NCBI GenBank assembly: GCA_041172025.1
Contig: JBEDKT010000065.1
Coordinates: 1-37,126 of the forward strand
DNA from: Bacteroidota bacterium
Lineage (GTDB): Bacteria; Bacteroidota; Bacteroidia; Chitinophagales; Chitinophagaceae
DNA length: 37,126 nt
Direction: 5' to 3'
Under the pieces are notes generated by a model. It had not been told where the DNA came from. It made no database searches and was given only the letters and a program-made list of their open reading frames with translations. This document shows positions 19,619-28,056 of the stretch, piece after piece (the first letter of the stretch is position 1; the number at the start of each line of letters is the position of its first letter). Position numbers and translations under genes: made by a program.

Positions 19619-20389
19619 ATGCGTATAGTTAGTTATAATGTAAATGGCATTCGTGCTGCAATCAAAAAAGGTTTAATAGAATGGCTAACCGAATATCCAG
19701 TGGATGTGTTTTGTGTACAAGAAACAAAAGCCGCGCCAAGTGATATTGACATAAGTTTATTTACTTCACTAGGATATCATGTTGCCTGGTATCCTGCTCA
19801 AAAAAAAGGATATAGCGGCGTAGCTATTTTTAGTAAAAAAAAGCCTACCGAAATTTTTTATGGCAATGGCCACACCATGAGTGATTCTGAGGGACGCGTT
19901 GTAAGAATAGACCTTGGTGATTTAACAATTATCAATGCTTATTTCCCTTCTGGTACAAGTGGCGAAGAAAGGCAAGCCTACAAATATCAATGGCTGGATG
20001 AGTTTTACAAATGGATTCAATTATTAAAAAAAGAAAGGCCGAATATAGTTGTACTAGGAGACTATAATATTGCGCATAAAGAAATAGATATTCATGACCC
20101 AAAAGGAAATAAAAAATCATCAGGGTTTTTACCTGAGGAACGCGCATGGATGGATCAGTTCTTAGCGAATGGATGGGTGGATAGCTTTAGACAAAAAAAT
20201 CCAGAAGCCACTGGGGCCTATTCTTGGTGGAGCCAACGCTTCCCAACAGTAAGGTTGCAAAATAAAGGATGGAGGATTGACTATATCTGCACAACTGAAG
20301 CATTGTCACCGGCAATTAAATCAGCGACTATCCTGCCTATGGTAAAACATAGCGATCATTGTCCAATTGTACTTGAACTAAAAAAATAA
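19619..20389 (+). CDS. xth: Exodeoxyribonuclease III / AP endonuclease
   Basis: SYNVNGIRA, VQETK, GYSGVA, GDYNIAH, GWRIDY, SDHCP. Confidence 0.96.
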   Translation: MRIVSYNVNGIRAAIKKGLIEWLTEYPVDVFCVQETKAAPSDIDISLFTSLGYHVAWYPAQKKGYSGVAIFSKKKPTEIFYGNGHTMSDSEGRVVRIDLGDLTIINAYFPSGTSGEERQAYKYQWLDEFYKWIQLLKKERPNIVVLGDYNIAHKEIDIHDPKGNKKSSGFLPEERAWMDQFLANGWVDSFRQKNPEATGAYSWWSQRFPTVRLQNKGWRIDYICTTEALSPAIKSATILPMVKHSDHCPIVLELKK

Positions 20390-20393
20390 ACAC

Positions 20394-20696
20394 ATGTACG
20401 TTCAAAATATTAGTTTTCAAATTGCACCTACTTTAGAAACTCAATGGCTAGAATGGATGAAAGCTAAGCTCATCCCCCTTTTTTCAGCAACTGACTGCTT
20501 TACTGAAAGTAAATTTTACCAATTGGAGGTAACCGCCGACCAGGCACCCACCTACACTTTACAATTATATACCTCGGACCAAAGCCTTTTGAACAAATAC
20601 CTTGAACAGCATGCTGATAAGCTATTACAGGAAATACAGGCAATTTGGGGGGACCAGTGCTTTCATTTTAGTACTACAATGAAAATTGTGAATTGA
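20394..20696 (+). CDS. DUF4286 family protein
   Basis: ~100-aa protein with N.SF.I...WLEWMK...IP and TYTLQ pattern typical of this Bacteroidota family. Confidence 0.7.
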   Translation: MYVQNISFQIAPTLETQWLEWMKAKLIPLFSATDCFTESKFYQLEVTADQAPTYTLQLYTSDQSLLNKYLEQHADKLLQEIQAIWGDQCFHFSTTMKIVN

Positions 20697-20914
20697 TTGT
20701 GGATACTTAGTACCACGAAAGCCGCCATAGGCCTATATTTCAGGAAATAATAAGCTCAAAGTCAATGAAATCAACGTTTTACGTCCAAATACATAAATAG
20801 GAGATTCCCTATGACAAAGATCATTTTCCTTGAAAACCATACTATTTAAGGGTTTTAGTGGAAAAATAAAAGTAAAAAATAGTGCAAAATATTTTTTTGA
20901 TTCATAAAACCCAA

Positions 20915-20922
20915 TAAATTTG
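20915..20922 (+). promoter_or_regulatory. -7 promoter element of the HU gene
   Basis: TAAATTTG ending 32 nt upstream of ATG 20955. Confidence 0.65.
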
Positions 20923-20954
20923 TCCTATCGTTTAAAACTATAAAAAACACATCT

Positions 20955-21224
20955 ATGAACAAAGCAGAATTGATCGCACACATTGCTGACGCTGTTGGTT
21001 GTCCAAAAACTCAAGCTAACGCATCTCTAGACGCTTTTATCGAAGCAGTAACTAAATCATTGAAAAAAGGTGATAAAGTAACTTTAGTAGGTTTTGGTAC
21101 TTTCTCAGTATCTAAGCGTGCTGCAAGAACAGGTCGTAACCCACAAACAGGTGAAACAATCAAGATTAAAGCTAAAAAAGTTGCACGTTTCAAGGCTGGT
21201 AAAGAATTGAGCGGCAAGTTGTAG
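20955..21224 (+). CDS. hup: HU family DNA-binding protein
   Basis: [34 protein letters not shown]. Confidence 0.97.
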   Translation: MNKAELIAHIADAVGCPKTQANASLDAFIEAVTKSLKKGDKVTLVGFGTFSVSKRAARTGRNPQTGETIKIKAKKVARFKAGKELSGKL

Positions 21225-21242
21225 TTTAAATTAATTTGAAAT

Positions 21243-21281
21243 AAAACCCCTCGAATAGTCAGATATTCAAGGGGTTTTTTT
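21243..21281 (+). terminator. Intrinsic terminator after hup
   Basis: AAAACCCCT-C-GAATA-N6-TATTC-A-AGGGGTTTT followed by a T run. Confidence 0.8.
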
Positions 21282-21320
21282 ATTTTTACAATCTATTCAC
21301 TATTTAAACAACGTAATATC

Positions 21321-21464
21321 ATGGGAAGAGGAGATAAAAAAACAGCTAAAGGCAAAAGATTCATGGGATCTTTCGGAGTAAGCAGACCACACAAAGTAGC
21401 TACTACTGCACCGAAGCCAGCAGCAGCTGCAACTGCACCAAAAACAACTAAAGCAAGCGCTTAA
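21321..21464 (+). CDS. thx: 30S ribosomal protein THX (bTHX)
   Basis: Unlisted 47-aa ORF MGRGDKKTAKGKRFMGSFGVSRPHKVATTAPKPAAAATAPKTTKASA; matches the THX signature MG.GD.KT..GK...GS.G..RP. Confidence 0.92.
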   Translation: MGRGDKKTAKGKRFMGSFGVSRPHKVATTAPKPAAAATAPKTTKASA

Positions 21465-21476
21465 AATTTGTATAAA

Positions 21477-21502
21477 GATCCCCGAAGAATCGGGGTTTTT
21501 TT
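21477..21502 (+). terminator. Intrinsic terminator after thx
   Basis: CCCCGA-AGAA-TCGGGG followed by T7. Confidence 0.85.
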
Positions 21503-21519
21503 ATGCTAAATTTGCATGT

Positions 21520-21729
21520 ATGAAAAAGCTTTCAATTTTATTTACATTATTACTCCTAAGCACTATTAGTTTTGGGCAATGTTCTATTTGTACAAAAACG
21601 GCAAGTCAAATTGGAGAAGAAGCTGGTAAAGGTTTTAATGCTGGTGTATTATACCTAGCGGCTATGCCATTTGCAATTATTGGATATATAGCTTACAAAT
21701 GGTGGAAAAACGAAAACGCTGCCGCCTAA
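21520..21729 (+). CDS. Small exported CxxC membrane protein (hypothetical)
   Basis: Signal peptide, QCSICTKT, one further TM helix (GVLYLAAMPFAIIGYIAYKWW); TAAATTTG at 21507-21514. Confidence 0.8.
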   Translation: MKKLSILFTLLLLSTISFGQCSICTKTASQIGEEAGKGFNAGVLYLAAMPFAIIGYIAYKWWKNENAAA

Positions 21730-21730
21730 C

Positions 21731-22462
21731 ATGAATAAATTAATTCAGTTCATTAAACTTTTTCATAGGGCTTATAAATACCAGAAAAGTGATGTTGGCG
21801 AAATTGCTTACATAAAGGCTTCCATAAAAAAGGGGGACACTGTTTTTGATATTGGTGCACATAAAGCAGGCTACTTATATTTTATTAAAAAGCAAGTAGG
21901 GCCAAATGGAAAAGTGTATGCCTTTGAGCCACAGTCAAACTTGTTTAACTATATCACAAAATTGAAGGCCTTATTTAATTGGAGCAATGTCACACTTGAA
22001 CATTTAGCTTTGAGTAATACAGCTGGCCAAGCCCAACTATACCTACCTACCGAAGAAGCTGGCAAAACGTCTTCCCCAGGCGCTACCATTGCAGCCACTC
22101 AGGATGACGCTAACTTTACATCACTTGAAAAGGTAACCACTTCTACACTTGACACTTACTGTGGCGTCCATAACTGCAAGCCTAATTTTTTAAAAATTGA
22201 TGTAGAAGGCAACGAGTTAAATATTTTCAAAGGAGGTGTAGAAACGCTTTCAAAATACAGGCCTAAAATAATTGTAGAAATTGAATCAAGGCATATTGGG
22301 AAAGAAAAAGTAATGGAAACTATTCAATTTCTTGAATCAATTGGATACAAAGGACAATTTGTAAAAGGTGCGGAATATTTACCTATAAGTGCTTTCGATT
22401 TTAATGTGCACCAAAACAGAGAAGACAAAATAAATTACTGCAATAATTTTATTTTTGAATAG
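21731..22462 (+). CDS. FkbM family SAM-dependent methyltransferase
   Basis: VFDIGAHKAG, VYAFEP, LKIDVEGNE. Confidence 0.9.
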   Translation: MNKLIQFIKLFHRAYKYQKSDVGEIAYIKASIKKGDTVFDIGAHKAGYLYFIKKQVGPNGKVYAFEPQSNLFNYITKLKALFNWSNVTLEHLALSNTAGQAQLYLPTEEAGKTSSPGATIAATQDDANFTSLEKVTTSTLDTYCGVHNCKPNFLKIDVEGNELNIFKGGVETLSKYRPKIIVEIESRHIGKEKVMETIQFLESIGYKGQFVKGAEYLPISAFDFNVHQNREDKINYCNNFIFE

Positions 22463-22464
22463 CG

Positions 22465-23367
22465 CTAATAAAAAGACTGCGCAAATTTAAAAATATTAAA
22501 CTGCGGCTTTGCGTATGCTGCTAATAATTTTTCATTCATTTCTTTCAAATCAATTTGTCTCATTTTTTGAGCAACAATTAATTGCAATACCTTAGACAAT
22601 ATTAATTTAGGGTCACCTCCTGTTTTTGCTATTGTTTCATGATGCTCATTAATGGCAGCAATCAATTCTTGAATGCCCACCCCTTGGCTAGCAACTGTTT
22701 TTACTACTTTTATATTGCCCGTATCATGCGCAGCCTCCATCAACATTTGTTGAATATGGTTTGTAAATACTTCCGCATCTGGCCGGTCGCTTTTGTTTAC
22801 TACAAATAAATCAGCAACCTCCATTAAGCCTGATTTCATCATTTGAACCTCATCACCTGCTTCTGGGACCAACACCACAATGGTCGTCTCGGCTAGTGAG
22901 GCCACTTCAACTTCAGACTGCCCTACCCCTACTGTCTCCAAAACAACCACATCAAAGCCTACCGATTGCAATAAGGTGGTAAGTTCTATCATGGAACTAG
23001 TAAGGCCCCCTAAATGACCGCGAGACGCCAAAGAACGGATAAACACGTTGGGGTTGAGGTACCATTCCTTCATTCTAATTCTATCCCCTAATAAGGCGCC
23101 TTTATGAAAAGGCGACGAAGGGTCCACCGACAACACCGCCACTTTCTTGCCTTCTTTAATCCATTCCCCAATTAACGCTGAAATAAGGGTACTCTTTCCA
23201 GCACCCGGAGGCCCAGTAATACCAATAACAGGAATATTACTTGGCACTAAAGCTTCCAAAAAAGCCCCAACTCCTTCGCTTTTATTTTCGATGTGGGAAA
23301 TGGTTTTAGCTAACAGCAAAAAATCGCCATTTGTTACCCCCTTGTTTATATCAGTTATTGCAAACAT
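22465..23367 (-). CDS. meaB: Methylmalonyl-CoA mutase-associated GTPase MeaB (ArgK family)
   Basis: GITGPPGAGKST, VDPSSPF..GALLGDRIRM, ETVGVGQSE, NKSD. Confidence 0.94.
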   Translation of the reverse strand: MFAITDINKGVTNGDFLLLAKTISHIENKSEGVGAFLEALVPSNIPVIGITGPPGAGKSTLISALIGEWIKEGKKVAVLSVDPSSPFHKGALLGDRIRMKEWYLNPNVFIRSLASRGHLGGLTSSMIELTTLLQSVGFDVVVLETVGVGQSEVEVASLAETTIVVLVPEAGDEVQMMKSGLMEVADLFVVNKSDRPDAEVFTNHIQQMLMEAAHDTGNIKVVKTVASQGVGIQELIAAINEHHETIAKTGGDPKLILSKVLQLIVAQKMRQIDLKEMNEKLLAAYAKPQFNIFKFAQSFY

Positions 23368-23369
23368 TA

Positions 23370-24245
23370 CTAGGGTCTTATTATTTTATGATTTTTGAAA
23401 TCAAAAGGACGAATACCTGTTAATTTTTCAAAATAATACAATGCCAAATTTTTTAAAGAAAATTTCTTTTTGGAAACATCTAAATCAATTACCCAGTTTT
23501 TTTGCTTAATCCGGTCAAGCATCACATTAGGATGTGTTTCTGTAAATTTTTCCAAAGAATCAAAGCCTGTAAAATCATAATAATCGGGGCTTGCAATTAT
23601 TTTTTCCATTTTAGAATCATCATTCCAAAACACACTACTTTCTTTTTGTTTTTTTCTCATTTGCTCGGGGCTTTTCACCCAACCATAGTGGTAAATGCTT
23701 GCGTCAATTTTAGCAACCGGCAATTTACTTTTCCCAATTCTAAATCCTTGAGCGTCTTTATACGCGCTTATCTCCTTATTGTTTCTTATAATTCTTGTTT
23801 CGCAATCATACCATTTTCTACTATCTCCTACATAATCGTAAGTGCCATAAAAATGTTTATAGTTAAACAACAAGCCTTGCACGGCATTGTCATTGGCATA
23901 TTTGGCGCAAGCCGCTTTTATTGCAGGGTAATATTTTTCATGTACCACTTCGTCCCCTTGAATATAAAAAGCCCAAGTAAAAGAAGGGTCAATTAATTGA
24001 AATGCTTTATTTGTTTCGTCCGCTAATACCGCTCCTCCTTTTCTCAATTCCTTGTTCCATACCGAATGATGAATTTTTATTTTAGGATCTCCAATTGATT
24101 CAATTAATGCAATTGTTTCGTCTGTCGAGTCGCCTATTAATACAATCATTTCGTCTACCACCGGCAGAATTGAACGAATAGCTTCAACAATGGGAAAATC
24201 GTTTACTACCGCATTTTTTATAATTGTAAAGCCTGCAACTTTCAT
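23370..24245 (-). CDS. Glycosyltransferase family 2-like protein
   Basis: MKVAGFTIIKNA, GDSTDET, FYIQGDEVVHE, YHYGWVK; probable start ATG 24245. Confidence 0.82.
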   Translation of the reverse strand: MKVAGFTIIKNAVVNDFPIVEAIRSILPVVDEMIVLIGDSTDETIALIESIGDPKIKIHHSVWNKELRKGGAVLADETNKAFQLIDPSFTWAFYIQGDEVVHEKYYPAIKAACAKYANDNAVQGLLFNYKHFYGTYDYVGDSRKWYDCETRIIRNNKEISAYKDAQGFRIGKSKLPVAKIDASIYHYGWVKSPEQMRKKQKESSVFWNDDSKMEKIIASPDYYDFTGFDSLEKFTETHPNVMLDRIKQKNWVIDLDVSKKKFSLKNLALYYFEKLTGIRPFDFKNHKIIRP

Positions 24246-24350
24246 TTCATTTTCTTTTGTACTCCAAAGAACTGAAAACTTTTGCAACTTGCCTATTGTT
24301 TTAGGTAAACTTTGGGTCAAAGACATTAATTTTGAATTTCAAGTAAGCAT

Positions 24351-25076
24351 ATGTCTACCAGTATTTGTTTTGATTTTGGTAATACCCGATTAAAAGCTGC
24401 CATCTTTATAAATAAAGATTTGCATAAAGTGCATGTGTTTGAACAGGCCACTATCGAAAGTATACAGGCGCTTTTGCAAGAATGGAAGCCCGAAAAAACA
24501 ATCCTTGCTTCTGTAATTCATCATGACAAGGAAATTGAGACGCTTTTGGCTCAACATTCTAAATTTCACCTTTTAGGGCCAAAAACAACCTTAAATTTCA
24601 CGGCACCGGTAGGGAAGCCTGAAACCATTGGGGCCGACCGTATTGCACTAATAACTGCAGCTGTTGACCAATTTCCCAACCAACATAACCTTGTAATTGC
24701 CCTTGGAAGCTGTATCACCTATAATTTTGTCAACAAGCAGCATGCGTTTCTTGGAGGAAGTATTTCGCCTGGTATGCAAATGCGCTTCAAGTCCATGCAC
24801 GATTTAACTGCCTTACTGCCTATGGTTGAAGCTTCTAGCGAGTTTCCCCTAATAGGCTATGATACCAAAACTAACCTACTAAGCGGTGTAATATTGGGCA
24901 TTGCAGCCGAAATTGATGGTATTATCACAGCCTATGAGCAAAAATATGCCAACTTTAACGTGCTATTAACCGGTGGAGATATATGTTATTTTGCGCCTCA
25001 CTTAAAAAAAAGGATATTTGCCGACCAAAATTTAATATTTAAAGGACTTTATGCTATCTGCGAAAAAAATAATTAG
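24351..25076 (+). CDS. coaX: Type III pantothenate kinase
   Basis: DFGNTRLK, GADR, LGSCIT, GGSISPG, LTGGD; TAATTTTG -7 element at 24327-24334. Confidence 0.93.
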   Translation: MSTSICFDFGNTRLKAAIFINKDLHKVHVFEQATIESIQALLQEWKPEKTILASVIHHDKEIETLLAQHSKFHLLGPKTTLNFTAPVGKPETIGADRIALITAAVDQFPNQHNLVIALGSCITYNFVNKQHAFLGGSISPGMQMRFKSMHDLTALLPMVEASSEFPLIGYDTKTNLLSGVILGIAAEIDGIITAYEQKYANFNVLLTGGDICYFAPHLKKRIFADQNLIFKGLYAICEKNN

Positions 25077-26436
25077 GTTAATTCCTATCATCTGTTCAAT
25101 GGGTTTTGTACAATCAGTGACTGCACAAATTAATTCTCCCTTCTCTCGTTACGGACTAGGCAACGAAATACAAATAAGCCAAAATGCAACAAGTCAGGCA
25201 ATGGGCGGTTTTACTGCTGCCTATACCGCAAGCATGAATGGTAGTTTTGGACAAAGTATAAACTTTAATAATCCAGCTTCATTTGGTACTATTTATATGA
25301 CCACTTTTGACTTAGGTGTAAATTTCACCAATACTAAATTAAAACAAGAGAGTACAAACAAACAAGAGAAGTCAAATTACTTAATTCCTAATTACTTAGT
25401 AATTGGCGTACCCCTTAGTAAAGAAAAAAAAATGGGTATGGCATTTGGATTAAGGCCACTAACGCAGGTGAACTATTCTATAAACGAATTAAAACTAGTT
25501 TCAAGTACAGGAGACACTTTATATAATAATTATGTGGGTAGCGGTGGACTAAATCAAGTGTTTTTAGGCTTAGGTAAATCTTGGAAAAATATTAGTGTTG
25601 GATTTTCAACAGGTGTAAATTTCGGAAGAAAGAAAATACAAAATATTAAGTCATTAGACTACAATTCAGATTCTACCTACCTATACCAAACTATGGCTAG
25701 TACAAATACAGTTTATGGTGGTGTATTTTTAAACCTAGGAATTTTAGGGGAAACTACATTGAAATCAAAAACACACGCAAAAACAACCGATAAAACGGAA
25801 TATAGTTTAAGCTACGGAGCGACTGCAACTTTGGACCAAAACATGTCTGCAAAGCAGGACGTGTTGCGTACAACAGGTATATTCACTTCAACTACTGAAA
25901 ATGCTATTGACACTGCTTATTACGGAAAAGAGCTTCCTGGAAAAATTAAAATGCCAGCATTAATAACTACCGGTATTGCCTTGCATAAAAAAGAAATATC
26001 AAACAGAGGAACCTACGACCAATGGGTTATAGGTATTCAATACGACAAATCGGCATGGAAAGATAAGTATAGTAATTATGGGACAACCGACCCACTTTCT
26101 AATGCATGGATGATGCGCGTTGGTGTGCAATTTTGTCCAAACCCTTTTGATTACGAAAACTACTTTTCAACAGTTACTTACCGTGCTGGTTACTACACAG
26201 GAAAGGATTATATCAATTTCGATAATAAAGGTTTAACCGTATCTGCTTTTACACTAGGAATGGGGTTGCCTATTCGAAAATATCGTTCTTACGACTACCA
26301 ATTCACGGTGCTTAATTTAGCTTTACAAATGGGACAAAGAGGTTCAAGTGTGAATGATTTTAAAGAAAGCTTTATTCAATTCACACTAGGTTATAGCCTT
26401 AGTGATATATGGTTTAATAAAAGAAAGTATGATTAG
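25051..26436 (+). CDS. Outer-membrane beta-barrel protein (FadL/long-chain fatty-acid transporter-like)
   Basis: Signal peptide; NSPFSRYGLG, AMGG, NPAS, G.GGL, amphipathic strands, C-terminal WF.KRKYD. Confidence 0.75.
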   Translation: MLSAKKIIRLIPIICSMGFVQSVTAQINSPFSRYGLGNEIQISQNATSQAMGGFTAAYTASMNGSFGQSINFNNPASFGTIYMTTFDLGVNFTNTKLKQESTNKQEKSNYLIPNYLVIGVPLSKEKKMGMAFGLRPLTQVNYSINELKLVSSTGDTLYNNYVGSGGLNQVFLGLGKSWKNISVGFSTGVNFGRKKIQNIKSLDYNSDSTYLYQTMASTNTVYGGVFLNLGILGETTLKSKTHAKTTDKTEYSLSYGATATLDQNMSAKQDVLRTTGIFTSTTENAIDTAYYGKELPGKIKMPALITTGIALHKKEISNRGTYDQWVIGIQYDKSAWKDKYSNYGTTDPLSNAWMMRVGVQFCPNPFDYENYFSTVTYRAGYYTGKDYINFDNKGLTVSAFTLGMGLPIRKYRSYDYQFTVLNLALQMGQRGSSVNDFKESFIQFTLGYSLSDIWFNKRKYD

Positions 26437-27022
26437 TAGAAAATTCTATAACATTATAACAATAGCAGTTACTAGTTTAAGTAGCTGCTTTTTTATGGCC
26501 TCTTGCGAGAACAATATAAACGAGGTAAAAGCCCTTAGTTCAAGAGAAGGTGGAATTGATGTAGGAAAGGATGTGGAAATTTATATTAGTACCAGCGGCC
26601 GTATAAGTGCAAAACTAATGGCACCATTAATGAATAAATATTTATTGGATAGTGGCAAGATGATAGAATTTCCCAAGTCCATTAAAGTTAATTTTTTCAA
26701 GGATAGTAGTACCGAAGTAGAAAGTAAATTAAGTGCAAATTACGCACGTTTTATAGAAGCAGATAGTAAGGTATATTTACGCGACAATGTGGTTGTTTAC
26801 AATGTTTTAGGAGACAGTTTATGGTGCAATGAAATGGTTTGGGACCAGCAAACTGGGAAGTTCCATACCGACAAGGGCGTAATTGTTAAGCAACATGCCC
26901 CTTTATCAAAAGTATGGGGCAAGGGATTTGAAGCCGACCAAAACTTAAAAGATATTAAGATTATTGATGTACAATCCAATAGTTTTGCAATAATATCGGA
27001 TAGTTCAGGAAGCAATCTTTAA
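26429..27022 (+). CDS. lptC: LPS export ABC transporter periplasmic protein LptC
   Basis: EFPK.I.V.FF, LSANYA, NVVVYN..GDSL...EMVWD, GKGFEADQ beta-jellyroll pattern; sits in the coaX-OMP cluster; start ATG 26429. Confidence 0.8.
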   Translation: MISRKFYNIITIAVTSLSSCFFMASCENNINEVKALSSREGGIDVGKDVEIYISTSGRISAKLMAPLMNKYLLDSGKMIEFPKSIKVNFFKDSSTEVESKLSANYARFIEADSKVYLRDNVVVYNVLGDSLWCNEMVWDQQTGKFHTDKGVIVKQHAPLSKVWGKGFEADQNLKDIKIIDVQSNSFAIISDSSGSNL

Positions 27023-27033
27023 AAAGCAAGTAT

Positions 27034-28023
27034 ATGGAATATAGGAAAATGGGTAAAACCGGATTACAGTTAAGCACTTTAAGCTTTGGTAGTTGGGTAA
27101 CCTTTCATAAACAAATTGACGACCGCATAGCAGACGAGTTGATGGGCATCGCTTATGATGCAGGGGTTAACTTTTTTGACAATGCCGAAGTATATGCTGG
27201 CGGTGAAAGTGAAAAAATGATGGGTCGCGTGATTAGCAAAAAAAATTGGGATAGGACTTCTTATGTTTTATCGTCGAAAGCATATTTCGGATGGAGAGGA
27301 AAAGAAAATAAACCAAACCAAACTGGCTTAAGCAGAAAGCATTTAACCGAAGCTTGTCATGAAGCACTGAAAAGGCTTCAAACCGACTATCTTGACCTTT
27401 ACTTTTGCCACAGACCCGATAAGTCTACCCCCATTGAAGAAGTAGTGCACACTATGAATACTTTAATTCAACAAGGAAAAATTTTATATTGGGGCACAAG
27501 CGAATGGAGTGGCGTTGAAATTATGGAAGCACACCGAATTGCCCAAGCCTACCGTTTAATAGGCCCTTCCATGGAACAACCACAGTATAATTTATTCGAA
27601 CGTGAAAAAGTAGATAAAGACTATTTAGAAATATTTAAGAATGTAGGCATGGGTACTACCATTTGGAGCCCCCTTGCTGCCGGGTTATTAACTGGAAAAT
27701 ATAATGATGGTATACCTGAAGGATCTCGTTTTCAAATAGAAGGATTCGAATGGTTAAGAGACCAATGGTTAATTCAGGATAAAATAAAACGCGTTCAACA
27801 ACTAGGCGCTATTGCAAAAGCCTTAAAAGTGAGCACAGCTTCGCTAAGCATTGCATGGTGTATTAAAAACCCAAATGTGACTACGGCAATATTAGGTGCA
27901 ACAAGTAAAACACAATTACTAGATAATTTAACAGCATTAGCTACTGCGGCATTATTAACTCCAGAAATTATGGAGCAAATTGAAAGCATTGTAGAAAGCA
28001 AACCTAAACCTTACGAATACTAA
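27034..28023 (+). CDS. Aldo/keto reductase (Kv-beta-like subfamily)
   Basis: FFDNAEVY (catalytic D and Y), SSK, GLSRKH, YWGTSEWS, WSPLAAGLLTGKY. Confidence 0.93.
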   Translation: MEYRKMGKTGLQLSTLSFGSWVTFHKQIDDRIADELMGIAYDAGVNFFDNAEVYAGGESEKMMGRVISKKNWDRTSYVLSSKAYFGWRGKENKPNQTGLSRKHLTEACHEALKRLQTDYLDLYFCHRPDKSTPIEEVVHTMNTLIQQGKILYWGTSEWSGVEIMEAHRIAQAYRLIGPSMEQPQYNLFEREKVDKDYLEIFKNVGMGTTIWSPLAAGLLTGKYNDGIPEGSRFQIEGFEWLRDQWLIQDKIKRVQQLGAIAKALKVSTASLSIAWCIKNPNVTTAILGATSKTQLLDNLTALATAALLTPEIMEQIESIVESKPKPYEY

Positions 28024-28056
28024 CGGCAACAATAGTATTCATAAAATATATAAATC

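Noticed and set aside
20697-20954. Possible oriC or ncRNA gene in the long AT-rich gap
   Set aside because: Only two degenerate DnaA boxes, no clear unwinding-element repeats, and no convincing RNA fold or terminator
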